From Nitrososphaerota archaeon (GTDB taxonomy: Archaea > Thermoproteota > Nitrososphaeria_A > Caldarchaeales > Calditenuaceae): 32,046 nucleotides of DNA. Shown piece by piece: positions 17,870 to 26,852 of the stretch. Location of the stretch: positions 1 through 32,046 of the forward strand of contig JAWBQR010000012.1 in the NCBI GenBank assembly GCA_038845265.1, read 5' to 3'. Within the stretch, counting starts at the first letter, position 1; each line of letters begins with the position of its first letter. The notes below the pieces were generated by a model. The model made no database searches. It was not told the origin of the DNA and worked only from the letters and a program-made list of their open reading frames with translations. The position numbers and the translations under genes were made by a program.

Positions 17870-18136
17870 ATGAAGAAGGATGACTTACTTTATTTCTTAA
17901 GATTAGTTATTGGATTATTGATGGGCGTTGTATCGGGCTTCTTATCCAGCTCATTTCCGTGGTTTTTAATTGGTATTTTAGGAATATTGGCTTATGGAGC
18001 AACTATTCCATTATCTATTCGTTTAGTTGTTGAGGACACGAGTGCCAAGAAAAGAAGCGCCATTATAAATGGTATTGGGACTTACGTGTTATTCTGGATT
18101 ACAGGGTGGATATTATTCTATAACTTGATTTATTAA
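17870..18136 (+). CDS. EMC6-like three-TM membrane protein (Rab5ip/EMC6 family candidate)
   Basis: 88 aa, 3 TM, with LYFLRLVIGLLMGVVSGFL and GIGTYVLFW...Y resembling EMC6 as recalled. AGGAG ribosome-binding site upstream. Confidence 0.65.
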   Translation: MKKDDLLYFLRLVIGLLMGVVSGFLSSSFPWFLIGILGILAYGATIPLSIRLVVEDTSAKKRSAIINGIGTYVLFWITGWILFYNLIY

Positions 18137-18525
18137 GTAGTTGAATTGCTTGGGAGTTGTTGTCTTAGCTTATGAGGTACTGGAATTTTGTCAATGTTGT
18201 TCAATATAATTGTCCACACGTCAAGATACGGGTCTCTTTCATCCAATACTGGAACAGAAACTTCTTTGATGACTTTGAAAATTCTTTGCGCCTGCGATGA
18301 TACATCATTATCAGTGTATATTTTGAAGAGAAGCGAGTCTGTATCCTCTGAGGTATATGAGAAAAATAATCCATAAAGTGCCAAGTAAATCCTTTTTTCC
18401 TCCTCTGTCTTCACTTTCTTTTTAAATGATGCTAGCATTTTTTCTGCTTCTGAGATTCTCCCCTCAAATAACGTCTTAGTAAATTTTAGTACTAGTTTTT
18501 TTAGTTGCTCATCATCCATACTCAT
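18133..18525 (-). CDS. Hypothetical alpha-helical protein downstream of radA
   Basis: 130-aa ORF, same strand as and 35 nt after radA, with protein-like composition. Confidence 0.7.
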   Translation of the reverse strand: MSMDDEQLKKLVLKFTKTLFEGRISEAEKMLASFKKKVKTEEEKRIYLALYGLFFSYTSEDTDSLLFKIYTDNDVSSQAQRIFKVIKEVSVPVLDERDPYLDVWTIILNNIDKIPVPHKLRQQLPSNSTT

Positions 18526-18560
18526 TATTTTCGTTTATCAACATTTTAAACCTAGCGCTT

Positions 18561-19562
18561 TTATCTTCTCTCTTTCTCAGACTCTTCCACGTCTTCTATA
18601 CCATTTGATGTTATCTTAATTAATACTTCTCCCTCAGGCAGATATGGGCTTGAGATCAATCTAACTATTCTCACATTTTTTCCCGCTGTTTTCCTAATAA
18701 AGAGCCTAGTATGACTAGTGTGTCCCACTATATGGCCGCCCACTGGTGAGACTGCTGTCGGTGCAAAAAATTCATCCGGACGAGCCATGACTTGGTTTGT
18801 GACTACAGCTACGGCGTTAAAGGCTCTCGCCAGCCTAATTAATTTATGCATGTGCTTGTTTAACTTTTGCTGTCTTTCAGGAAGCATCTCCCTACCAGCA
18901 TACTCGCTTCTAAAATGGGCGGTCAATGAATCAATGATGATTAACTTGACATTATTTTCCTTTATTATTCTATCAGCTTTATCCAATAATAGCATTTGAT
19001 GATCTGAATTATATGCTTCTGAATATATTATTCTTTCTGCAACTTTGTCAAAATCTAGTCCAAGGTGCTTGGCCATTTGCTCTATCCTTTCTATCCTGAA
19101 TGTATTCTCAGTATCTATGTAGAGTGCAGAACCATTTAGTCCTCCCCTCTCTGTTGGAAGCTGAACATTAATCGCTAATTGATGACATATCTGACTTTTT
19201 CCTGAGCCAAACTCGCCGAAGAACTCCGTGATTGACTGTGTCTCTAATCCTCCTCCGACCAGGGCGTCGAGTGCTTTGCTGCCCGTTGTTAATCTCCCTA
19301 TGTTGCTCTTAAGTGATGCGAGCTCCTTCGCAGTCACCCAGGAGATCTCTATGGATTCGCGGGCAAGATTAATTAATTCTGCTGCCTTCTTTTCACCTAT
19401 ACCTGCTGCCTCGAGCTCGCTTATCGTTGCTGTTGCTAAGGCCTCAATTGTCGAGTAGCCTATTTCTTTTAACTTCTCGGCCGTCGCCGGGCCTACACCC
19501 GGAAGCTCTGATATGTCCGTAAAGACTGGATGTTTTTCTTTTTCTTTCTGTGGCAACTCCAC
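18561..19562 (-). CDS. radA: DNA repair and recombination protein RadA
   Basis: N-terminal HhH (ELPGVGPATAEKL), Walker A GEFGSGKS, YIDTENTFR, Walker B LIIIDS, RQQKL, TNQV, PYLPEGE. No intein. Confidence 0.98.
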   Translation of the reverse strand: MELPQKEKEKHPVFTDISELPGVGPATAEKLKEIGYSTIEALATATISELEAAGIGEKKAAELINLARESIEISWVTAKELASLKSNIGRLTTGSKALDALVGGGLETQSITEFFGEFGSGKSQICHQLAINVQLPTERGGLNGSALYIDTENTFRIERIEQMAKHLGLDFDKVAERIIYSEAYNSDHQMLLLDKADRIIKENNVKLIIIDSLTAHFRSEYAGREMLPERQQKLNKHMHKLIRLARAFNAVAVVTNQVMARPDEFFAPTAVSPVGGHIVGHTSHTRLFIRKTAGKNVRIVRLISSPYLPEGEVLIKITSNGIEDVEESEKERR

Positions 19563-19673
19563 TTTAAATTAGGTAGAAGATATATTTAAGCAATAGCCAG
19601 TCGACTGAAAATAAAAATACTAATTGTTACTAAGGATTAACGTTAATATGGTTCTTAGACATAAGATTGAGTA

Positions 19674-20435
19674 ATGCTAAGGTCTGAGGTAACACTATTC
19701 AAGAAGCCTGAAGATAAGAAAAAATACATAGTGATCGATATATCTCCGTCTCCAGGAGTCGTGGGATTAATAATAAGCAACTTACTCACTGATTCATTTG
19801 TCTCCGAAAAAATTGCCGAGATATATTCTCCATATTTCCCACAGGTGACGCTGATTAATAACGATGGTGTTGCCTCGTTGCCAAAAATAGAGATTTACGA
19901 GATAAAATCAACTAATAAAGACCATGCTTCAATAGTATTAGTAACACGTAACTTCTTAGTAGATTCGAATGAAGCAGGTGAGGAGGTATCTAAATTGATA
20001 TGCGAGCTCTTAGGCGATAATGCGATTTCTGAGGCTATTTTATTATCCAGTGCAAGGATTACGGGGACAGGCGATGTATTTGTATCAACGACTACTCTTG
20101 AATTGACACGGGCATTTTTACAACTCGGAGCCAAACCGGCGCCAAATACGGATGCGCTGCCCATCGATAGATTAGCATCTTCATTATTGTTTAAGCTCTA
20201 TATAAAAGGAGCCCCCGTTAGTCTGCTAATTTCGGATACGATTAGCTATATGCCCGACCTATCAGCTGCGAAAAAACTAGTTAGTATTTTGTCCAAGCAT
20301 CTTGGCATGTCTATCGATGTGAGTAGACTTGATAAAGAGATAGAAAAGCAGAAAGTAATATTTGAAGAGATTGAGCGAGCTCTAAGGGAGGAGTTCAAAG
20401 AGAGGGGAGGAAGACCACCTTCATACATAGGGTAG
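19674..20435 (+). CDS. Proteasome assembly chaperone PAC2-family protein (divergent)
   Basis: PGVVGLI, EIYSPYFPQV, PDLSAAKKLV, IDVSRLDKE and C-terminal SYIG, typical of archaeal PAC2-family proteins. Confidence 0.8.
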   Translation: MLRSEVTLFKKPEDKKKYIVIDISPSPGVVGLIISNLLTDSFVSEKIAEIYSPYFPQVTLINNDGVASLPKIEIYEIKSTNKDHASIVLVTRNFLVDSNEAGEEVSKLICELLGDNAISEAILLSSARITGTGDVFVSTTTLELTRAFLQLGAKPAPNTDALPIDRLASSLLFKLYIKGAPVSLLISDTISYMPDLSAAKKLVSILSKHLGMSIDVSRLDKEIEKQKVIFEEIERALREEFKERGGRPPSYIG

Positions 20436-20437
20436 TC

Positions 20438-22555
20438 TTAATCTATAATCTCATAGATATAGACATATGCAATGCTAGAGTAAGGCGAGCTAGACGAGTA
20501 TACTAACTTATAATGCGTTAGCTTCGGTTCTTCATACACATGTGCATATGTCAATGATGTGCCAATCGTTACACTCTGCGGCTTAAATGGAATTAATTGT
20601 CCAAGAGTCGTGTCTGTCCAGAACTTCTCAGTCGGATTCGTTGGGTCTCCGCCAGGCCCGAGAAGACTATTTTCATCAATCGAAGGATATCCAAGTGCGG
20701 ATGCTTCTTGATTCGCTATCTTCAGCATCCAGTACCATTTTGATTCATCGCCGTAATAGAGAAACTGACCAGGATACTCTCCATAGGGAGGTCGGTGTGT
20801 TACGAATATCAAGACATGCGTTGCACCCATTTCTTTAAATATCCTGTAGCTCACGTTTTCAGGAGACATGAATGCATATCCAATTTTTGCGATTCTTTTG
20901 CTATCTATTGTCGTGTTGTCTATTATAGATGTCTTGTTTCCTACAATTGATATCCAGTTTCCATAGTCCCACCAAGCAGCGACGACTGCATTATCAGGTA
21001 GATTATTACGCATCCATTCTACAGCCCTCGCCCAATCATTTATCGGGCTTTTGGTTGGAAGACTACTTGTCAATATTGTTGCTGGGACATAAGATAAATC
21101 GATAGATGATAATGGGATTGGATTACCTAATCCTTGAGGCATGTAGTAGATCGAGATAATTATCATTAAAATGATGGGGACAACGATTATGGCGGAGGAC
21201 GGCCCAGCTCTTCTTTTAACTCCACGGACCACCAACATCCTACTACCACTTTCAAACATGGTAGACAATGAGTAGCCAGCGAGGATGGCGACTAATGGAG
21301 AGACCGGAAGGGCCAGCCTAACTAAGCTCGACGCGAAGTAAAGAGACAATAAGGCATAGATTAGTAAAAATATCGCTCCATCACTTTTTTTCTTTATTAA
21401 GAGATAAATTCCAAAAGGCACCAAGATGATGGTTGGTCCGAAATCCTGGAATATTGTTGCCCACGTCGCTGTTTGATTCTCAGCTACTGACTGTACAATA
21501 GGTAATTCTCCTCTCAGCCAGGGCGCCAATACAGAAAAGAACTTTAATCCAGGTATACCAATATTGCCCAGCGCAGTCATAATGAGTATGAATACCACAG
21601 CTAAAACTGCCCCGCCTCGAACGGCTAAGATTCTATTATCTGGACTAAGATACCTATTACAGAATTCAGTAAATATAAGGTATCCGAGAATGACTATTCC
21701 TGAAATCATTGTTATCTCTCCGAGATAGGAATAGCCAAGCTTAGGCACATTGATCGCTATAAGTGTATAGGTGATCACCGTTGCGATGTATGCGACTAGA
21801 AGTCGTCGAGTATAACGTCCGATGAATGTCAATATTCCGGTAAAGAGTGGAACAAGCATCAAAGGAAACTTATGTGCACCCCAGCTAGCCGACATGTATC
21901 CTAACAGAAATCCACTCAGTAAACCATAAAATAACGCGCCCTTAAGACTGCGTTTATTATCAATTGCAACAAGATAAGACAGATAAGCACCATGCATTAA
22001 TGGTATGGATAATGCCTCATCATCAAACCAGCCGAGATGGGTCCTTGAGATGTTTGCCGCACTGACTGCTAATAATAATGCTGATGCCAGGGCACCTTTA
22101 GTACCAATTACGTGCCTCGCTAAGAGAAAAGTAACAACAATGGCTAATGCTCCATAAATAGGAGGTAGCAAGGAAGCCAGCTCTAACATATTGACGTGAA
22201 ATCCAAGCGAAGAAAGAGACAAATAAATGAACGCTAATGTAAACGACACTCCTGGATAAAATACCTTCCCAATCTGTATTCCAGTGGGATACCAACTTTT
22301 TGTAATGACTATTCGTGGAAATTCAAAAAACCCAGCCCACCCTCTCTCAACAATTGTCTCTGCAACCTTAAAGTGCCACCACGGATCAAACTCACTTAGT
22401 AAAAATCCCCATCTCGACGGTAATATTCTGATGAAAAACCCAACCGATACAGCAATCAGGAGAATCGTAATCTCTAAGTAGCCTAGACGACCACCAATTC
22501 GTTTGTCAAGTCGTATAAACGACTCCTTCAATCCCAACAGACTTATCCTCGACAT
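20438..22555 (-). CDS. aglB: Oligosaccharyltransferase catalytic subunit AglB (STT3)
   Basis: EFDPWWH, GWFDDE, SVAEN, WWDYG and the downstream DNTT segment. Multi-TM N-terminal region. Confidence 0.97.
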   Translation of the reverse strand: MSRISLLGLKESFIRLDKRIGGRLGYLEITILLIAVSVGFFIRILPSRWGFLLSEFDPWWHFKVAETIVERGWAGFFEFPRIVITKSWYPTGIQIGKVFYPGVSFTLAFIYLSLSSLGFHVNMLELASLLPPIYGALAIVVTFLLARHVIGTKGALASALLLAVSAANISRTHLGWFDDEALSIPLMHGAYLSYLVAIDNKRSLKGALFYGLLSGFLLGYMSASWGAHKFPLMLVPLFTGILTFIGRYTRRLLVAYIATVITYTLIAINVPKLGYSYLGEITMISGIVILGYLIFTEFCNRYLSPDNRILAVRGGAVLAVVFILIMTALGNIGIPGLKFFSVLAPWLRGELPIVQSVAENQTATWATIFQDFGPTIILVPFGIYLLIKKKSDGAIFLLIYALLSLYFASSLVRLALPVSPLVAILAGYSLSTMFESGSRMLVVRGVKRRAGPSSAIIVVPIILMIIISIYYMPQGLGNPIPLSSIDLSYVPATILTSSLPTKSPINDWARAVEWMRNNLPDNAVVAAWWDYGNWISIVGNKTSIIDNTTIDSKRIAKIGYAFMSPENVSYRIFKEMGATHVLIFVTHRPPYGEYPGQFLYYGDESKWYWMLKIANQEASALGYPSIDENSLLGPGGDPTNPTEKFWTDTTLGQLIPFKPQSVTIGTSLTYAHVYEEPKLTHYKLVYSSSSPYSSIAYVYIYEIID

Positions 22556-22663
22556 CTCCTAGTTCGCTTATATAAATCGCGAAAAACCAAATAATAAATT
22601 ATATAGTCGACTAAGACTATATCTCGATAACCATTTATATCATCGATAATTGAACTAAATAGA

Positions 22664-23044
22664 TTGGAATTGCCACAGATAAAGGAAATAATCGCAAAAT
22701 TGCTATCACTTGAGTGGTTCAAAAAGATTGAAGAAATAGTTGCGGTAGTAATAGTTGTGGCAAGTATAGCTATTATAAGTGGAGTGGTCAGAATTTTGAC
22801 AACACAGAGCATACCTCTTTATGGGATCAGGGTATTTGCACCAAGCATGGCCTTTCAAACATATGCCGAGTTCATCGTTGTCTTGGTATACTATCTACTT
22901 GGCACAGCTGGAATCTTCCTCTACTACCTAGCTGTAAGACAAAGATTCTCCGAGAGAGGAAATAATTATGCTATCCTAGGAGCTACGCTTTTAGTTCTAT
23001 TTTCCATCATAGGCATCTTGACTGGAATAACAAGTAAATTCTAA
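22664..23044 (+). CDS. OST3/OST6-DC2(OSTC)-like three-TM membrane protein
   Basis: TM1 ending ISG, a loop ending F-x5-Q-x3-E, TM2 with LGTAG, and TM3 ending in K. Divergent from aglB across 108 bp. Confidence 0.65.
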   Translation: MELPQIKEIIAKLLSLEWFKKIEEIVAVVIVVASIAIISGVVRILTTQSIPLYGIRVFAPSMAFQTYAEFIVVLVYYLLGTAGIFLYYLAVRQRFSERGNNYAILGATLLVLFSIIGILTGITSKF

Positions 23045-23071
23045 AAAATTGTAGTTACTTCCTAAATTTAA

Positions 23072-23740
23072 TTAGGCCTCTCTTATTCCCCCATCATGAA
23101 TTATTATTCTAAATTCACCAGGCGGAATTCCACTAATTACTTTTAATATCTTTACATTATAAGACTCAGAAATCATTGAGAGATGAACATCAGAAAAATA
23201 TGTTGCAATCACTGAGGCAACAGGTTTTGTAACACCCTCAACAGGAATGTCGTGAACCTCAGTGATCAATATTGATGTTAAGTCGCGAGTTTTGCAAGCC
23301 TCTTTTAGGTATGCGATCTGAAAAGCTAAACTATGGAATAAAGCTTTATCCGCAGAGACGTTACCACTCATCTGGATTCTATGAAGATATGTAAAGTCAT
23401 CAACAATTACGAGTGATCCAGCTGGAGCATTATCGGCTACCCAAGTTATTGCTCTCTCCTGCTCATTAAAGTTTTGAGGATGGGCTATTCTTATTTGTGA
23501 TAAATCGGCATTCCAATTCCTTGCAATTTTTGACAATCTTAAATAATGGACATGTCCACCACAATCTAGTAAATAGGACTTAAAATTGCTTCTGCTAGCT
23601 ATGCATGCAACCTGCAATGCGAGGCTCGTCTTTCCGGATTTTTCCTCTCCACTAATTAAATAGAGTAGTCCTAATTTTAGTCCATTGTATTTATCGTCAA
23701 ATGGTCCTATGCCTGTTTTAAAATATGCTAGACTACTCAA
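23072..23740 (-). CDS. RecA-superfamily RadA paralogue (RadB/aRadC-like)
   Basis: KTGIGPFD, Walker A GEEKSGKT, Walker B LVIVDD, ITEV, C-terminal FRIIIHDGGI. Core ATPase only, no HhH domain. Confidence 0.8.
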   Translation of the reverse strand: MSSLAYFKTGIGPFDDKYNGLKLGLLYLISGEEKSGKTSLALQVACIASRSNFKSYLLDCGGHVHYLRLSKIARNWNADLSQIRIAHPQNFNEQERAITWVADNAPAGSLVIVDDFTYLHRIQMSGNVSADKALFHSLAFQIAYLKEACKTRDLTSILITEVHDIPVEGVTKPVASVIATYFSDVHLSMISESYNVKILKVISGIPPGEFRIIIHDGGIREA

Positions 23741-23808
23741 TGCTTAAGTCCGATAGTTTCATTGGCAAAGCATTTAGATAAGGTTTAGTAAAAATCTTTT
23801 GAAGTATT

Positions 23809-25536
23809 TTAGATGCTTATCTTCATTGATTTGAACTCGTCTCTAAGTTTATTAAAGTCTGTACCCATCTTCTTAATTTCGACGTATCTCTTTGCCTTCT
23901 CTATTGCTTTTTCTGCCTCTGGATTGATCTTTACTAAGTATCTTTCGATAGCGCTTAGCCATATGCTAGCTCCTAAATTGAGTATAGCGCTGGTCAGCAC
24001 CCTGAATATCGGATTATCCTTGCTGAGCCTCCAAGAAAGCGCCTCAGCCATTCTCCTAGTATTTCGCCAACATACGTAGATAAGCGCTGCCTGCGCAGGT
24101 GTTAGGTTTTGATAAACATCCGTCAATTTATTTGTACCTCTAAGTGATCCTAAGTTAACTAGTGCCATTGGAGTTACCGTGAAGTATAGATTCTGCGCGG
24201 CCATACTATTTATTAGTCCAATCGTATCCCAATCATCCTCATCAGTCTCGCCTTCCTGCCCAAATAGTATTGTATATGCGGGAATCCAATAGGCAGCATT
24301 ATATATTTTCTGCGCCTCTATGACTATCTCTGCCCAAGACGCGTCAACACCAACTCTAAGCGGTAAAGCTTTTCTACGTGAGTGTAAGTTTATCAACCTA
24401 TCACTTCCAGTTTCTAGGCCTATCTGAACACCAATATGTCTGTCTGGACCTGCGCGAACTATTTTAGCTATACCAAAGGCAAGCTCAGGGTCGGCGGCGA
24501 CTGGTGCAAGTGTTGCATGCATTGGATTCGCGTGAGATATACCATTATGCGATAAAACAGTTCTATATAATTCGAAGATTGCTTCCTTATTCGGCCAGTA
24601 ATCAGTCTTTTTCAACATGTACGCCCATTGATTATCTGTTATGAACCAGGCATTATTGATGCCGGCTCTAAGATTCACCTTTGCCTCCTCTAAAACCTTC
24701 CAGGGTGGATAGTGTCTCAGAGGCCTTGTAGTAACTTCACAAAAATCGCAGTCTATGCCGCAACCACGCATAATTTCAACCTGTCCACTTATAGCTGGAT
24801 TTATAATTGTGGGAATCTGATCGACACTAGGAATCTTATACTTAGAAAATGGATTTCTACATATAAATTTACCATCAGGATCTTTCTTATAAGTCGTTCT
24901 GGGCCGTCCAGATGTGTCAAACTCAGTTGACTTATATCCGAACATAAAGATAGATTCGTCAATGCTATTGTCTATTATCTGCTCGAATAAAATATGAACA
25001 ATGTCGTCCATTTCACCTTGGACGGCATAATCAATTTTCCAGTAATTAAGCATCTCGGGCCTATGTTCAAACTCCCACTCTCCATAACCACCAACAATAA
25101 GCTTCGCGTTGGGACAACGTTCCTTTCTCAGCACATTTATTTTTCTGAATAAGTTATCAATCTCCTCCGTAACCCACGATTTTTCTCTGCCAGCATTATT
25201 AAACGTAAGTGTCAGTGGACCTATACCCAAAGGATCCATTGTATTGACTCCTATAATCTTTGTATCACTACTGATAAATCTCTCAATATGTTTAGGGTGA
25301 GCAACCTCGCATCTAAGTTTAGAAAATTTTTTTAGTGATGCTTCTACTTTCCTGATACCATATGGTGCTAGGATTGCTCTTCCATAATCATCGGATGGTG
25401 TGTCAGGATTGCTTAAATAATAATAAATTGGAGGTGGAACAAAACGAACTGGGGCACATGGAAGAAAACTTAGTAGTGGAAAGTTGTGATACATGTGACC
25501 TAGAGATGGGTCGAATGTCAACACTATTTCTGTCAT
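23809..25536 (-). CDS. grs: B12-binding radical SAM protein, GDGT ring synthase (GrsA/GrsB) family
   Basis: CGIDCDFC (CX3CX2C). N-terminal IVLT-D, GRAILAPYGIRKVEA, TKIIGVNTMDPLGIGP, LIVGGYGEWE and GLETGS are characteristic of the Grs family as recalled. Confidence 0.8.
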   Translation of the reverse strand: MTEIVLTFDPSLGHMYHNFPLLSFLPCAPVRFVPPPIYYYLSNPDTPSDDYGRAILAPYGIRKVEASLKKFSKLRCEVAHPKHIERFISSDTKIIGVNTMDPLGIGPLTLTFNNAGREKSWVTEEIDNLFRKINVLRKERCPNAKLIVGGYGEWEFEHRPEMLNYWKIDYAVQGEMDDIVHILFEQIIDNSIDESIFMFGYKSTEFDTSGRPRTTYKKDPDGKFICRNPFSKYKIPSVDQIPTIINPAISGQVEIMRGCGIDCDFCEVTTRPLRHYPPWKVLEEAKVNLRAGINNAWFITDNQWAYMLKKTDYWPNKEAIFELYRTVLSHNGISHANPMHATLAPVAADPELAFGIAKIVRAGPDRHIGVQIGLETGSDRLINLHSRRKALPLRVGVDASWAEIVIEAQKIYNAAYWIPAYTILFGQEGETDEDDWDTIGLINSMAAQNLYFTVTPMALVNLGSLRGTNKLTDVYQNLTPAQAALIYVCWRNTRRMAEALSWRLSKDNPIFRVLTSAILNLGASIWLSAIERYLVKINPEAEKAIEKAKRYVEIKKMGTDFNKLRDEFKSMKISI

Positions 25537-25759
25537 CTAAATACTTCGCATCATTACCTTGTTTATAAGTTTTATAATAATAAAAAAGAAACACCAAAAA
25601 TTAAGATTAGTATTGTTGAGGTGAGCCAAATATATAAATAAATTATTGCATCTTACATAATAAGTAAATTCAAAAATAACGTACTATCATAAAACAGTTT
25701 TTATATTTTTCAAAAGAGTTAACTTTATTTATATGAATTTACTTAATTTTCACCAGAAA

Positions 25760-25993
25760 ATGATAAGTATTTCTAAAGTCCTAGGAATATTAATGATGTT
25801 TGGATCTACATTGATATTGATTATTTTTTCTTTATGGGTATTCGGATATATTAACGGTCTGGACCCCAACCTCGCCATTAAAATTGCGGTATATGTCTTA
25901 GTAATTGCTATATTGGCGATAATTGGGATACTGGGCTATATTATGGCGACGTATCCTCACCCAGTAATTGTTAACTCAGTGGGTGAAAAATGA
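25760..25993 (+). CDS. Small two-TM membrane protein (DPM2-like pattern)
   Basis: Two TM helices and a GYIMAT-P-P tail. Likely start ATG 25760 (alternative 25733). Abuts the MEMO1 gene. Confidence 0.65.
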   Translation: MISISKVLGILMMFGSTLILIIFSLWVFGYINGLDPNLAIKIAVYVLVIAILAIIGILGYIMATYPHPVIVNSVGEK

Positions 25994-25994
25994 A

Positions 25995-26852
25995 TTGACG
26001 AGGCGAAAGCCAGCCGCTGCAGGTACATTCTACGAAGCTGACAGAGATGAATTATTGATGCAGATTAATTCATGCTTTAATTCACCTCACGGTCCACAAA
26101 AACTGCCTAAGTCAAAATCCGAGATGGATGCTCCTCCACCAATTATAGTGTCTCCTCATGCTGGCTATATGTATTCGGGTCCCGTCGCTGCTCATGGATT
26201 TTATGAAATATCCATTAGACGGAGACCTGAAAGCATAGTAATAATTGGGCCAAATCACTTCGGTATAGGTACAGATGTATCAATATACCCTAGAGATTCA
26301 TGGATAACTCCACTCGGAGAGGCAAAGATTGATACTCAGCTTGTTACTAAGTTATCAAATTCTTCAGAAATATTTTCACTAGACGAGTTCAGCCATATGG
26401 AGGAACATTCAATCGAAGTACAGATACCATTTCTCCAGTATGTATATGGCGAAATAAAGTTTGTACCTATATGCATGTTAGATCAGTCTGTCTCAGTTGC
26501 AAAATTAATAGGTGAGATATTGGCAGACGTTATCTCAGAACCCGAAAAAATTCTAGTAGTTGCTTCTTCTGATTTTTCTCACTATGTAAGTCAAGATGAA
26601 GCCTTAAGAAGGGACTTGCCAGTGATAGAGAGGATATTGAAGCTGGATATAGATGGGTTCTATCAAGAAATCAGCCATAGGAAGGCAACCTTGTGTGGAT
26701 ACGGACCTATAGCCGCTGCGATGTCATTCGCTCGAAAAATTGGTTACAAAACAAGTAGACTTCTCAAATATGCGACGAGTGGAGACGTAACCGGTGAAAA
26801 AAGCTCAGTCGTTGGATACGCGTCTATTATGTTTTCGTCTGAAATATCTTAG
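25995..26852 (+). CDS. MEMO1 family protein (AmmeMemoRadiSam system protein B)
   Basis: RKPAAAGTFY, PHAGYMYSG, GPNH, EHSIEVQIPFLQ, ASSDFSHY, CGYGP, YATSGD, VVGYAS. Likely TTG start at 25995 with a GGTGA ribosome-binding site. Confidence 0.95.
   Translation: MTRRKPAAAGTFYEADRDELLMQINSCFNSPHGPQKLPKSKSEMDAPPPIIVSPHAGYMYSGPVAAHGFYEISIRRRPESIVIIGPNHFGIGTDVSIYPRDSWITPLGEAKIDTQLVTKLSNSSEIFSLDEFSHMEEHSIEVQIPFLQYVYGEIKFVPICMLDQSVSVAKLIGEILADVISEPEKILVVASSDFSHYVSQDEALRRDLPVIERILKLDIDGFYQEISHRKATLCGYGPIAAAMSFARKIGYKTSRLLKYATSGDVTGEKSSVVGYASIMFSSEIS

Noticed and set aside
18561-19562. Intein in RadA (SufB also checked)
   Set aside because: Both proteins are of normal length with contiguous motifs and no intein splice signatures.
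22543-22812. 89-aa minus-strand ORF upstream of aglB
   Set aside because: It overlaps the better-supported OST3/DC2-like gene on the opposite strand and the divergent promoter.
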